Shown: piece by piece, positions 1 to 12,230 of the stretch
How the letters are laid out: each line of letters starts with the position of its first letter
Position numbering within the stretch: position 1 is the stretch's first letter
NCBI GenBank assembly: GCA_046290465.1
Contig: JBKAGP010000001.1
Coordinates: 256,001-320,000, forward strand
Origin: Planctomycetota bacterium
GTDB lineage: Bacteria > Planctomycetota > UBA1135 > UBA2386
Direction of reading: 5' to 3'
DNA: 64,000 nt
Notes under the pieces: generated by a model
Databases searched by the model: none
What the model saw: the letters and a program-made list of their open reading frames with translations, nothing else
What the model was told of the DNA's origin: nothing
Program-made: the position numbers and the translations under genes

Positions 1-1
1 G

Positions 2-487
2 CTCGAGTTCGGCCGCGAGGGCTGCCTCTCGGTGCATTCGCTGAGCAAGCGTTCGGGCATGACCGGCTACCGCTCGGGCTTCGTCGCCGGCGACCCGGAG
101 CTGATCGCCGTCTACAAGCGCTTCCGCGCCAGCATGGGTACCGCGCCGCAGAGCTTCGTGCAGGCCGCCGCCAGGCTCGCCTGGACCGAGCCGCAGCACG
201 TGCAGGACCGCCTGCGCGTGTTCGCCGCCAAGCGCGACGTGCTGCTCGCGATGGCGCACGAGTGTGGCCTGAAGGTGCACGGCAGCGAGGCGGGGCTGTA
301 TCTCTGGCTCGAGATCCCGGCGGCGTTCTCGGACGACGTCGCCTACGCCGAACGGTGCCGCGAGCAGGGCATCCTGGTCGCGCCGGGTTCGTTCTTCGGC
401 GCGGGCCAGCAGCGCTTCGTGCGGCTGGCGCTGGTGCCGACGCTGGAACAGTGCCGGGAGGCGGCCGCGAAGTGGCCGCGGATGTGA
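2..487 (+). CDS. PLP-dependent aminotransferase class I/II (DapC-like), 5' end truncated by the window edge
   Basis: SLSKRSGMTGYRSG PLP-lysine motif; C-terminal GILVAPGSFFG and FVRLAL. The TGA stop overlaps the next ATG. Confidence 0.85.
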   Translation, partial: LEFGREGCLSVHSLSKRSGMTGYRSGFVAGDPELIAVYKRFRASMGTAPQSFVQAAARLAWTEPQHVQDRLRVFAAKRDVLLAMAHECGLKVHGSEAGLYLWLEIPAAFSDDVAYAERCREQGILVAPGSFFGAGQQRFVRLALVPTLEQCREAAAKWPRM

Positions 488-1557
488 TGCGGCTACTGGC
501 GACGATCCTGATGACGGCTGCCGCGCTGTTGGCGCAGCGCAAGCCGAACGTCGTCGTGATCCTGGCCGACGACCTCGGCTACGAGTGCCTGACCTGCAAC
601 GGCGGGCGCAGCTACCAGACGCCGAACCTCGATCGCCTGGCGGCCACCGGCGCGCGGTTCACCAACGCGCACGTGCAGCCCCTGTGCACGCCGACCCGCG
701 TGCAGGTCATGACGGGGCAATACAACGTGCGCAACTACATCGGCTTCGGCCAGCTCAAGCGCGACGAGGTGACGTTCGGCAACCTGTTCCGCGACGCGGG
801 CTATCGGACCGGCATCGCCGGCAAGTGGCAGCTCGGTCGGGTGGCCGGGCTGCCGCGGCAGTTCGGCTTCGACGAGCACGTGCTGTGGCAGCACACGCGC
901 TTCGCGCCGCGCTACCCCAACCCGGGCCTCGAGCACCAGAACGAGCAGGTCGACTACCACAACGGCGAGTACGGGCCCGACCTCGTCAGCGACTTCGCGG
1001 TCGACTTCGTGAAGCGGCACCGCACCGAGCCGTTCTTGCTGTACTACCCGATGATCCTGCCGCACTTCCCGCACCAGGCGACGCCGGACAGCGAGGGGTG
1101 GGACCCGAAGATCAAGGGCGAGAACAAGAACAAGGACGACCGCTACTTCGCCGACATGGTCCGCTACATGGACAAGCTGGTCGGCCGGCTCGTCGACACG
1201 CTCGACGAGCTGCAGCTGCGCGACGACACGCTGGTGCTGTTCGTCGGCGACAACGGCACCTACCGCAGCCTGCGGTCCAGGTTCGGCGACCGCACGATCC
1301 GCGGCATGAAGGGTCGCACGACCGTCTACGGCACGCACGTGCCGATGATCGCCAACTGGCCGGGGCGCATCGAGCCGATGGTCGTCGAGGACCTCGCCGA
1401 CAGCACCGACGTGCTGCAGACGATCTGTGACGTCGCCGACGTCGACGTGCCGAAGCAGCTGCCGCTGGATGGCCACAGCCTGTGGCCGCGGCTGCAGGGC
1501 AAGGGGGCTTCGCCGCGCGAATGGATCTACTGCTGGTACAGCCCGCGCGGCGAGCCG

Positions 1558-3029
<1,472 letters not shown>

Positions 3030-3033
<4 letters not shown>

Positions 3034-3065
3034 CGATCTCGGTCGGCACGACCGAGCGCCGACAT
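3030..3065 (-). CDS. Putative leaderless 11-aa uORF (MSALGRADRDR) coupled to the antiporter start
   Basis: TAGAGT (3078-3073) lies 7 nt before ATG 3065. Its TGA (3032-3030) overlaps the antiporter ATG 3033 as ATGA. Internal hairpin CTCGGTCG-TGC-CGACCGAG. Confidence 0.4.
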
Positions 3066-3109
3066 GCCGCGTACTCTAGCAACTCGAGGACCGCCCCGCG
3101 CCGGCCGCT

Positions 3110-4867
3110 TCAGCGCCCTTGCGCAAGGAGCAGCGCGTCCAGCACCTGGGCGCGGTTGGACGAAGGCAGCCGCGCCGCGACCTTGCGGATCTTCTCGTCC
3201 GCGGCGCGCCCGACGAGCGCGAGCAGCAGCCTGGTCTTGTCGGTCGACGACGTGATCCTCGCAGCCTCGGCGACCAGCCGGTCGGCGTCGGCCACGCCGA
3301 GGTCCGGGCTCGCGACCAGCGCGTCGAGCACCTCGCGGCGGCTGCCGCTGCTGTCGATGCTGCGGCAGGCCTGCAGCAGCGACGACACCGACGCCTTGCC
3401 GACCAGTTCGCGCAGGACCTTGCTCTCGTAGCTCGAACTGCGGATCCGTTCGGCTGCGCTGGCGACCTGGTCGGCGTCGCGCTGCGAGAGCTGCGGCCGA
3501 CGGGCCAGCGCGTGCAGGACCTGGTAGCGGCCGCTGGACGCGTCGATGCGCACCGCGGCGGCGGCGATCGCGCCGTGGCTCGCGTGCGGCAGCAGCGCCA
3601 GCAGCACCTTGGCTTCGGAGGACGAGCTGCCGATGTCGTCGACGGCGGCCGCGATGCGGTCGGCGTCGGCCTGCGACAGCGCGCCGTGCGTGGCGAGCGC
3701 CTGCAGGACCTCGGCTCGCCGGCTCGACGAGTCGATCTTCACGGCTGCCTCGACGATCGAGTGGTTGCTGGCGTGCGCAACCAGCGCGCGCAGCACCTCG
3801 GCTTCCTGGCTCGAGCTGCCGATGCTGTCGGCAGCCTTCGCGATCCGGTCGGCGTCGGCGGTGCTCAGGCCCGGGTGCGAGCCCAGCGCCAGCAGCACCT
3901 GGTAGCGGCTCTTGGACGAGTCGATCCTGCGGGCCGCGGCGACGATGGTGTCCTGCGAAGCTGACGGGATCAGCGCGGTCAGCACCGCGGCCTCGTAGCG
4001 CGAGCTGCCGATGCGGTCGACGGCGGCCGCGATCCGGTCGGCATCGCGGGCGCCGAGGTCCTGCGCGGCGAGTTGTTCGAACACGCGAAAGCGCGACTTG
4101 CTCGAATCGATCCGGACCGCGGCGTCGACGATCGCGCCGGCCGTCGCCTTCGGGATCAAGGTCGACAGCACCTCCGCTTCGCGCCGCGAGTTCTGCAGCT
4201 GGTCGACGACGCCGGCAAGGGCGTCGGCGCGGGCCGTGTCGAGCTTCGGGTGGCTGGCCAGGACCGTCATGCACGTGTGCATCGAGGTCGAACGGGAGCC
4301 GCCGGCCGCCGAGCGGCCGTTGATCGGGCCTTCCGGGCAGTCGGCGGTGAGCGGGCCACCGGCCTCGAGGGCCTGGACCAGCAGGTCGAGGTCGGCGCCG
4401 GACGTCGCCCGGCCGGCGGCTTCGGCGAACAGCGCCGAACGGGACTCGTGGCGAACGAGGCGCGGCAGCTCGCGCAGGGTGCCTTCGAGGTCCTGCTCGA
4501 GCTGCTCGCGCAGCGCGGCGCTCGTCGCCAGGTCCGGGTGCGGCACGATCGTGCCGTCGGCGAGGCGCAGCTCGATGTTCGGGCGCAGGTAGCGGAACAG
4601 CCAGCCCAGCGACGCCGGGTCCTCGTCGTACCATGGTTCGAGGCGCTCGACCCGGAAGACCTCGATCTCGCCGCTGCTCTCGCGCCGCAGCTCGGCGTGG
4701 CGCTCGACGCCGTCGTCGTGCAGGTCGAGCTGGATGTGGTCGCCGCGGTCCTGGTAGCGGTGCGAATACGAACTGCTCGAGTGGAAGCGGGCGTGGCACG
4801 AGGCCAGGGCCAGCGACAGCAGCAGGGTCGGGACGAAGGTCGTGGGCCGGCGGTTCGCGTGGGGCAT
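3110..4867 (-). CDS. Lipoprotein with alpha-solenoid (HEAT/ARM-like) tandem repeats
   Basis: Lipobox LSLALASC; about six 63-aa repeats (DADRIA..IGSS..EA.VL.AL..AS..I..AA..IDSS..R..VL.AL). Confidence 0.75.
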   Translation of the reverse strand: MPHANRRPTTFVPTLLLSLALASCHARFHSSSSYSHRYQDRGDHIQLDLHDDGVERHAELRRESSGEIEVFRVERLEPWYDEDPASLGWLFRYLRPNIELRLADGTIVPHPDLATSAALREQLEQDLEGTLRELPRLVRHESRSALFAEAAGRATSGADLDLLVQALEAGGPLTADCPEGPINGRSAAGGSRSTSMHTCMTVLASHPKLDTARADALAGVVDQLQNSRREAEVLSTLIPKATAGAIVDAAVRIDSSKSRFRVFEQLAAQDLGARDADRIAAAVDRIGSSRYEAAVLTALIPSASQDTIVAAARRIDSSKSRYQVLLALGSHPGLSTADADRIAKAADSIGSSSQEAEVLRALVAHASNHSIVEAAVKIDSSSRRAEVLQALATHGALSQADADRIAAAVDDIGSSSSEAKVLLALLPHASHGAIAAAAVRIDASSGRYQVLHALARRPQLSQRDADQVASAAERIRSSSYESKVLRELVGKASVSSLLQACRSIDSSGSRREVLDALVASPDLGVADADRLVAEAARITSSTDKTRLLLALVGRAADEKIRKVAARLPSSNRAQVLDALLLAQGR

Positions 4868-4985
4868 GGCGGGCGGCGGGGCGCGAGTTTCGGTGGGGGA
4901 GCGGGCGGCTGGCACGCCCTGCAGCAGGAGCGGTCGCAGGAGGACCCCGCGGGAGCGTCGATCCCGGGTCCGGGGCGGCGCGCCG

Positions 4986-5309
4986 CTAGCGTCCCTGCAC
5001 GTAGGGCAGGCCTTGGCTCGCCCAATATGCCATGCCGCCGCGGATATTCGTGATCTCGCCGAAGCCCGCCTGGGTCAAGACCTCGCAGGCCGCGACGCTG
5101 CGCACGCCGTGCTCGCAGTAGACGAACCAGCGCTGGTCGCGGTCGAGTTCGTCGAGCCGCTGGGCCAGCACCTGGACCGGGATCAGGGTCGCGCCGTCCA
5201 GTCGGTGGCTGTCGTGCTCGGGCTGCGTGCGCACGTCGAGCAACCGGATGGTCGGGTCCTGCTGCAGTTCCTGCTGCGCGTCTTCGGGTTCGAGGTTGCG
5301 GTAGGTCAT
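4986..5309 (-). CDS. Rhodanese-like domain protein
   Basis: LLDVRTQPEH and active-site loop YCEHGVRS; NIRGGM..W. Start placed at MTYRNLEP. Confidence 0.88.
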   Translation of the reverse strand: MTYRNLEPEDAQQELQQDPTIRLLDVRTQPEHDSHRLDGATLIPVQVLAQRLDELDRDQRWFVYCEHGVRSVAACEVLTQAGFGEITNIRGGMAYWASQGLPYVQGR

Positions 5310-5312
5310 GCC

Positions 5313-5395
5313 GTCGGGATCAGTGTGTCGGAATCCACGTGTCGGAATCAACGTGCCGGGAATCAACGTGCCGGGATTCAACGTGCCGGAATCAA
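5313..5395. repeat. Intergenic tandem repeat, 14-15 bp unit (G[T/C]CGG(G)AATCAACGT), about 6 degenerating copies
   Basis: gtcgggatcagtgt gtcggaatccacgt gtcggaatcaacgt gccgggaatcaacgt gccgggattcaacgt gccggaatcaa. Confidence 0.85.
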
Positions 5396-7197
5396 TCGAG
5401 GTGGCCGCGGTCGCTGTCGCCCATCTCGACGCGACCGGCGGGGAAGTACTCGCGCCAGCGGCTGGTGACCAGCGCCGCGGTGTCGGGGTCGCAGAACAGT
5501 TCCTTCGGGTAGTTCGGCTTCATCCGGGCATCGACGACCACCGGCGGCGTGTAGCTCGGCTGGCTGCGCACCAGCTGCAGGTCGCGGGCGTGCAGGTCGG
5601 CCGCCGGCTCGAAGCGGGTGAACGTGGTCCACAGGAAGTTGACGCTCGAGCGCGCCGCCTGGTCGGCGTCGTCGACCAGCACCACGAACGGCCAGGGCTC
5701 GATGCCGTCGTGCCGGGCGAGCGCGGCCGCGGCGTTCGGGTCGTGCTCGAAGCGCGGCCCCTGCACGACCAGGCAGCCACCGCAGAACACGTTGGCCTTG
5801 GCGAAGCCCGGCGGCAGGCTGCCGGAGAACTCCCGCGGCAGGTCGCGCACCGGCTCACCCAGGCCCAGCATCACGCCCTTGCTGCCCTTGTTGACCTCGG
5901 GGCCGGCGTAGTCGAGCGTGTCCATCGACAGGCTGCCGAACACGTAGAGGTCGGTGCCGAAGCGGCAGCGCGCGAGGATGTGTTCGAACACCTGGCGGAA
6001 GTCGGTCAGGTCCTGCGGCGTGTCGGTCAGCAGCAGGAACTTGGTCAGGCTCAGCTGGCCCTCGCCGAGGATCCGGAACGCGCTCTGCATCGCCTCGCGG
6101 CCGTAGCGTTCGCGCACGACCGCGGCGGCCAGCGAGTGGTAGCCGGTCTCGCCGTACGACCACAGGTCGCGCACCTGCGGCATCGCGACCTTCGCCAGCG
6201 GCTTGAGCAGTTCCTGCAGGTAGTCGCCGAGGAAGAAGTCCTCCTGGCGCGGCTTGCCGACGACGGTCGCGGCCAGGATCGGGTCCCGCTGGTGCAGCAG
6301 CGCCTTGGCGCGCAGCAGCGGGTAGTCGTGCTCGAGCGAGTAGTAGCCGTAGTGGTCGCCGAACGGGCCCTCGGGATGGCGCTCGCCCGGCCGGACCTCG
6401 CCGACGATGACGAACTCGCTGTCGGCGACCAGCGGCAGCGGCGAGTGCTCGGAGCTGCCGGTGCGCAGCCGCTGGTTCATCAGCAAGGAACACAGCAGCA
6501 CCTCGGGCACGTTCTCGGGCAGCGGCGCGATCGCGCTCAGGATCAGCGCCGGCGGGCCGCCGATGTGCACCGCGACCGGCATCGGCTGGTCGCGTTCTTC
6601 GTAGGCCGCGAGGTGGTAGCCGCCGCCCTTGCCGATCTGCATGTGCAGGCCGGTGGTGTCGTCGGAGAACCGCTGGATGCGGTACATGCCGAGGTTGCTG
6701 CCGAGGCCGTCGGGGTGCTCCGTGTAGACCAGCGGCAGGGTCACGAACGGCCCGCCGTCCTCCTCCCAGGTGCGCAGCAGCGGCAACCGGTCGAGCCGCG
6801 GCGGGCTGTCCTGCACCGCGAGGCCGGGCGCGTTGCGCACCCGTTTGCGGCCGACCTTGAGCAGCGGGCCGAGCAGGTCCCGATGCTGCCACAGCTTGCC
6901 GAGGCTCGGCGGCAGCAGCGTGTGCGGCACGTCCGCGAGTCGCTGGACCAGTTCGAGCGGCCGGCTGCCGAACGCCAGTTCGACGCGCTTTTTGGTGCCG
7001 AACAGGTTGGTGACGGCGGGCCACGGCGAGCCCTTGACGTTCTGGAACAGCAGCGCGGGGCCGCCGGCGGCGATCACGCGGCGGTGCACCTCGGCGGCTT
7101 CGAGGTCGGGATCGACGGGGGCGTCGATCTCGACGAGTTCGCCCTCCTTGCGGAGCACGTCGAGGAACGCGCGCAGGTCGACGAGCGGTCGGGACAT
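5392..7197 (-). CDS. UbiD-family decarboxylase (probably futalosine-type menaquinone pathway)
   Basis: DLRAFL..L...GEL, GGPALLF, NLGMYR, EGPFGDHYGYYS and VGKPRQED motifs. Confidence 0.9.
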   Translation of the reverse strand: MSRPLVDLRAFLDVLRKEGELVEIDAPVDPDLEAAEVHRRVIAAGGPALLFQNVKGSPWPAVTNLFGTKKRVELAFGSRPLELVQRLADVPHTLLPPSLGKLWQHRDLLGPLLKVGRKRVRNAPGLAVQDSPPRLDRLPLLRTWEEDGGPFVTLPLVYTEHPDGLGSNLGMYRIQRFSDDTTGLHMQIGKGGGYHLAAYEERDQPMPVAVHIGGPPALILSAIAPLPENVPEVLLCSLLMNQRLRTGSSEHSPLPLVADSEFVIVGEVRPGERHPEGPFGDHYGYYSLEHDYPLLRAKALLHQRDPILAATVVGKPRQEDFFLGDYLQELLKPLAKVAMPQVRDLWSYGETGYHSLAAAVVRERYGREAMQSAFRILGEGQLSLTKFLLLTDTPQDLTDFRQVFEHILARCRFGTDLYVFGSLSMDTLDYAGPEVNKGSKGVMLGLGEPVRDLPREFSGSLPPGFAKANVFCGGCLVVQGPRFEHDPNAAAALARHDGIEPWPFVVLVDDADQAARSSVNFLWTTFTRFEPAADLHARDLQLVRSQPSYTPPVVVDARMKPNYPKELFCDPDTAALVTSRWREYFPAGRVEMGDSDRGHLD

Positions 7198-8543
7198 CAG
7201 TTGCTTTCGGCGGGGAAGAGGAAGCGGCGCACGATCGCGGCGACCCGGCCGGTCGCGCCCGGCTCACCGAGCCGTCGACGGACTTCGTCGAGGCCCTGAC
7301 GGCAGATGCGCCGCGCGTCGTCGTCGAACCAGAGCGCCTCGGCGTCGCGCTGCACGTCCTGCCAGCCCGCTTCGCGGTGGAAGCAGTGCTCGGGCGCGAC
7401 CTCGCGACCGGCGATCAGGTTGGCGCCGGCGATGAACGGCACGCTGAGGATGTTGTGGTAGCCCATCGACGAGATCATGCCGCGCAGCTTGTAGACGACG
7501 ATGGTCGGGTTGCCGTGCAGGCAGGCCTCCAGCGAACCGGTGCCGGACTTGGCCAGCACCAGATGGGCGCCGGCGAGCCAGGGCGCGAGCGCGCCTTCGT
7601 GATGCTCGACGTCGCTGGCGCCGACCTGCTCGAGGATCGAGCGGATCAGTTGCGTGCGCCGCGGGTTCTTGTGCGGCAGCACGACGCGCAGGTCCGGTTC
7701 GCGTTGCCGAAGCGCGTCGGCGATGCGCAGCATGCCGGCGAGGTTGGCTTCGATCTCGGCGCGCCGGCTGCCCGGCAGCAGCACCAGCGTGCGCCGCGCG
7801 CGCACCTCGGCGACGGCGTCGGCGGCCGGCGGGTGTTCGGCGAGTTCGTCGAGCAGCGGGTGGCCGATGTAGGCCGCCGGCACGCGGTTGCGCCGGAAGA
7901 ACTCGGTCTCGAACGGCAGGATCGTCAGGGTCGCGTCGACCGCACGCCGGTAGCGTCGCATCCGCCACGGACCCCACGCCCAGTACTGCGGCGCGATGTA
8001 GTGCAGCACCGGCACGCCGCGGCGCTTGCAGGCCTTGGCCATCACCAGGTGCAGGCCCGGGTAGTCGACCAGCACGACCAGGTCCGGCGGGTCGTCGCGC
8101 AGCAGCCGCAGGAAGTCGGCGAACGCGCGCAGGATCAGCGGCAACTGCTTGAGCACCCCGACGACGCCCATGACCGCGTGCTCGCTGAGCCCGAAGCGCA
8201 CCTCGGCGCCGGCCTCGGCCAGCTGGCCGCCGCCGAATGCCGACGTGCGCACGCCGTCGCCGAGCGCGCGCACCAGCCTGGTGGCGTGCAGTTCGCCGCT
8301 GGCCTCGCCGGCCGAGACGAACAGATGGGGGCGGTCGCCGCGCTGCGGCTTGCGCTTGCCGAAGAACCGTTCGAGCTGCTCGAGGTCGTCACCCGGCGGG
8401 CGCTGGCTGGCGGCATCGAGCGCGGCGCGCGCCTGCTGCCGCCAGTGGTGGCGGCGCGGCAGGTACAGCAAGAGCCGCACCGGCACCGTCAACGTGCGCA
8501 CCAGCTCCTTGACCAGCGTGATCGCGACCAGCAGCCAGGTCAC
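7197..8543 (-). CDS. lpxB: Lipid-A-disaccharide synthase with N-terminal hydrophobic extension
   Basis: SAGEASGE, LVDYPG, YIAPQYWAWG, ILPFE, GHPL, LPGSR and KSGT..LE motifs. GTG 8543 overlaps the upstream TGA. Confidence 0.9.
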   Translation of the reverse strand: MTWLLVAITLVKELVRTLTVPVRLLLYLPRRHHWRQQARAALDAASQRPPGDDLEQLERFFGKRKPQRGDRPHLFVSAGEASGELHATRLVRALGDGVRTSAFGGGQLAEAGAEVRFGLSEHAVMGVVGVLKQLPLILRAFADFLRLLRDDPPDLVVLVDYPGLHLVMAKACKRRGVPVLHYIAPQYWAWGPWRMRRYRRAVDATLTILPFETEFFRRNRVPAAYIGHPLLDELAEHPPAADAVAEVRARRTLVLLPGSRRAEIEANLAGMLRIADALRQREPDLRVVLPHKNPRRTQLIRSILEQVGASDVEHHEGALAPWLAGAHLVLAKSGTGSLEACLHGNPTIVVYKLRGMISSMGYHNILSVPFIAGANLIAGREVAPEHCFHREAGWQDVQRDAEALWFDDDARRICRQGLDEVRRRLGEPGATGRVAAIVRRFLFPAESN

Positions 8544-9348
8544 GGCTCGGTTCGCCTCAGCGCGCGGTAGCTCAGCGCGTAGAACGCGACGCACGCGACC
8601 AGCAGCCAGGTCGTGTTGCCGTGGCCGCGGATCGGGTCGAACATCTGCCACGCCGGCGTGTTGCCGCACAGGATCGGTCCGTACCAGTCGAAGTCGACCA
8701 GCCGGAACAGGCTGTAGGGGCGGATGCGCTGGGTCATGTAGATGCCCAGCTGCAGCACCAGGAACGCGCCGACGACGGCGGCGACGTGCGCCTGCACGCG
8801 CAGCCGGATCGACATCCAGATGGTCATCAGCAGCACCGTCGCGGCGAAGATCGCGGCGTGCAGCGAGCCGAGGAACAGCTCGTAGGCGGGCAGGTCGTAC
8901 TCGATGACCCACGACCACGGGATCGCGCTCGCGTTGACGACGAAGATCGGCACGGTGACGACCAGGAGGCTCGGCCAGGTCTTCTGCCACAGGATCGAGC
9001 CGCGCGAGACCGGTCGCGCCAGCAGGAACTCGAGCGTGTGGTTCTCGCGTTCGCGGGCGAACAGGCCGACGCCGATCAGCACGGCGGCGGCGGTGGCGAC
9101 CAGGTTGCAGCTGCGGAACAGCAGCATCGTCGCGCACCAGTTGATGTAGGCGATGCTCTCGTCGCGGTTGCTGACGGCCTCGCCGATGCGCTTCATGAAC
9201 TCGATGCCGATCGTCTTGAACAGCGTCGAACGCTGCAGGTCGGCGTAGATCTCCGGCCACAGCAGCAGCACCGGGATCGCCAGCGCCTCGAGGATCACCA
9301 CGTAGGTGAGCCCGATCAGCCACAGCTCGCGCATCGTCTTGCGCCAGA

Positions 9349-9352
<4 letters not shown>
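8540..9352 (-). CDS. ABC-2 type transporter permease
   Basis: About 6 TM helices; RERENHTLEFLLARPVSR motif; coupled to an ABC ATPase gene. Confidence 0.85.
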
Positions 9353-10271
<919 letters not shown>

Positions 10272-10275
<4 letters not shown>

Positions 10276-10832
10276 GCCGCCGCCTCGCGCAGGAAGTTGC
10301 CGAGCAGCCGTTCGCCGTGCTCGGTGCGGAACGACTCGGGGTGGAACTGCACGCCGTGGGTCGGGTGGGTTCGGTGCTGCACGGCCATCACTTCGCCGGC
10401 ATCGCTGTGCGCGGTTGCACGCAGTGCGTCGGGCAGCGTGCGCGGCACGTAGAGCGAGTGGTAGCGGCAGGCCAGCAGCGGCTGCGGCAGATCCGCGAAC
10501 ACGCCGGTGCCGTCGTGGTGGATCGGCGTCGGCCGGCCGTGCACCGGCTCGCCGCGCACGATCTCGGCGCCGAACGCCTGCGCGATCGTCTGGTGGCCGA
10601 GGCAGACGCCGAGCAGCGGTCGTTCGCCGGACCAGCGGCGCACGACGTCGAGGCAGCGGCCGGCGTCGTCCGGGCGGCCAGGTCCGGGGGACAGCACCAC
10701 CGCGCGGTAGCTGCCGATCGCGTCGACGGCCACCGCGTCGCTGCGCACGACGTCGACCTCGGCACCGAGCTTCTGCAGCGCCTGGGCGAGGTTCCAGACG
10801 AACGAGTCCTTGTTGTCGAGCAGCAGGATCAA
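10272..10832 (-). CDS. trpG: Anthranilate/aminodeoxychorismate synthase component II (glutamine amidotransferase)
   Basis: LLDNKDSFVWNL, SPGPGRP, GVCLGHQ, RYHSL and QFHPES motifs; TTG start. Could act as PabA. Confidence 0.9.
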
Positions 10833-10879
10833 GCAGCAGGATCAAATCGGGGGCCGTGACAGTATCGTTCTGTCGACCG

Positions 10880-12229
10880 ATGAACATCCTGATCGTCGGC
10901 CTCGGCGAAGTCGGCAGCTACCTGGCGAAGGTGCTGTCGACGGAGGGGCATTCCATCACCGTGATCGACCCCGATCGCGACCGTATCCGCCGGGTCGCCG
11001 ACCTGCTCGACGTGCAGGCCGTGCACGGCGACGGCTCGCGTCCGGACGTGCTCGACCGCGCCGAGGCGCACTCGTGCGACCTGCTGCTGGCCGTCGCCAA
11101 CGACGACAAGGTCAACATGCTGACGACGCTGTTCGGCAAGCGCATGGGGGCCAAGAAGACCGTGCTGCGCCTGCACGACACGTCGGCGGTGCGGCGTTCG
11201 CGCACGTTCTTCCGGAAGAACCTGCAATACGACCTGCTGCTGTCGCTGGACGACCTCGCGGCCGAGGAGATCGTCAAGCTGGTGCGGCAGTCGGCGGCGC
11301 TCGGCGTCGAGAACTTCGCCGAGGGCAAGGTGCAGATGCGCCGCTTCAAGCTCGAGGAGAAGGGGCCGTTCACCGGCCAGCTGGTCAAGGACATCAAAAT
11401 CCCGAACGGCATGCTGATCACCGCGATCGATCGCGACCACGAGGTGATCGTGCCGGGCGGCGACGACGACCTGCGCGCCGAGGACGAGCTGTTCGTGCTC
11501 GGCGAGCCGAAGGCGATCGCGACCTTCGAGAAGAAGCTAGGTGGCAAGAAGCAGCGCGCGCGCAACGTGGTCGTGTTCGGCGCCGCCGGCATCGCGCAGC
11601 AGGTCTGCCAGGCGCTGCAGCGGGAGCACGTCAACGTGCGCTGCATCGTCGAGAGCCGCTCCGAGGCCGAACGCCTGTCCGAGGTGCTCAAGAACGTCGT
11701 CGTGCTGCACGCCGATGCGACCGACCTGAACTTCCTGCAGGAGGAGCACGTCGGCGACGCCGACGCGTTCCTCGGCGTGTCGCTCGAGGACGAACGCAAC
11801 CTGATGTCGTGCCAGCTCAGTCGCAACCTCGGCGTCGAACGCACGGTCGCGCTGGTGCAGAAGCCCGACTACGTGTCGCTCTACCAGCAGCTCGGCATCG
11901 ATACGGCGGTGTCGCCGCGGTTGCTGTGCGCCAACCGCATCCTGGCGTTCGTGCGCAGCCGCAGCATCTCGACGATCGCGACCATCGAGGAGGGCAAGGC
12001 CGAGGTGCTCGAACTCGAGATCGGCGCCGGCAGTTCGCTGGTCGGCAAGGCGCTCAAGGACGCCGGCTTCCCGCGCGGCTGCGTGGTCGCCGCGATCACC
12101 CGCGAGGACGGCCACGTCGTCATCCCGCGCGGCGACGACGAGATCCGCGCGCACGACCAGATGGTCCTGTTCGTGCTGCACGACGTCGTCGAGAGCGTGC
12201 TCAGCCTGGCCGGGGTCGAGCGCGAGTAG
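10880..12229 (+). CDS. trkA: Trk system potassium uptake protein TrkA
   Basis: Tandem TrkA-N/TrkA-C repeats (NILIVGLGEVG; VIVPGGDD; VSPR; VVIPRGDDEI); about 450 aa. Confidence 0.93.
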   Translation: MNILIVGLGEVGSYLAKVLSTEGHSITVIDPDRDRIRRVADLLDVQAVHGDGSRPDVLDRAEAHSCDLLLAVANDDKVNMLTTLFGKRMGAKKTVLRLHDTSAVRRSRTFFRKNLQYDLLLSLDDLAAEEIVKLVRQSAALGVENFAEGKVQMRRFKLEEKGPFTGQLVKDIKIPNGMLITAIDRDHEVIVPGGDDDLRAEDELFVLGEPKAIATFEKKLGGKKQRARNVVVFGAAGIAQQVCQALQREHVNVRCIVESRSEAERLSEVLKNVVVLHADATDLNFLQEEHVGDADAFLGVSLEDERNLMSCQLSRNLGVERTVALVQKPDYVSLYQQLGIDTAVSPRLLCANRILAFVRSRSISTIATIEEGKAEVLELEIGAGSSLVGKALKDAGFPRGCVVAAITREDGHVVIPRGDDEIRAHDQMVLFVLHDVVESVLSLAGVERE

Positions 12230-12230
12230 C

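Noticed and set aside
5313..5395. Repeat arrays (also 60091-60129 and 62673-62737) as CRISPR
   Set aside because: Units are 13-15 bp and directly adjacent, with no unique spacers and no cas genes in the window.
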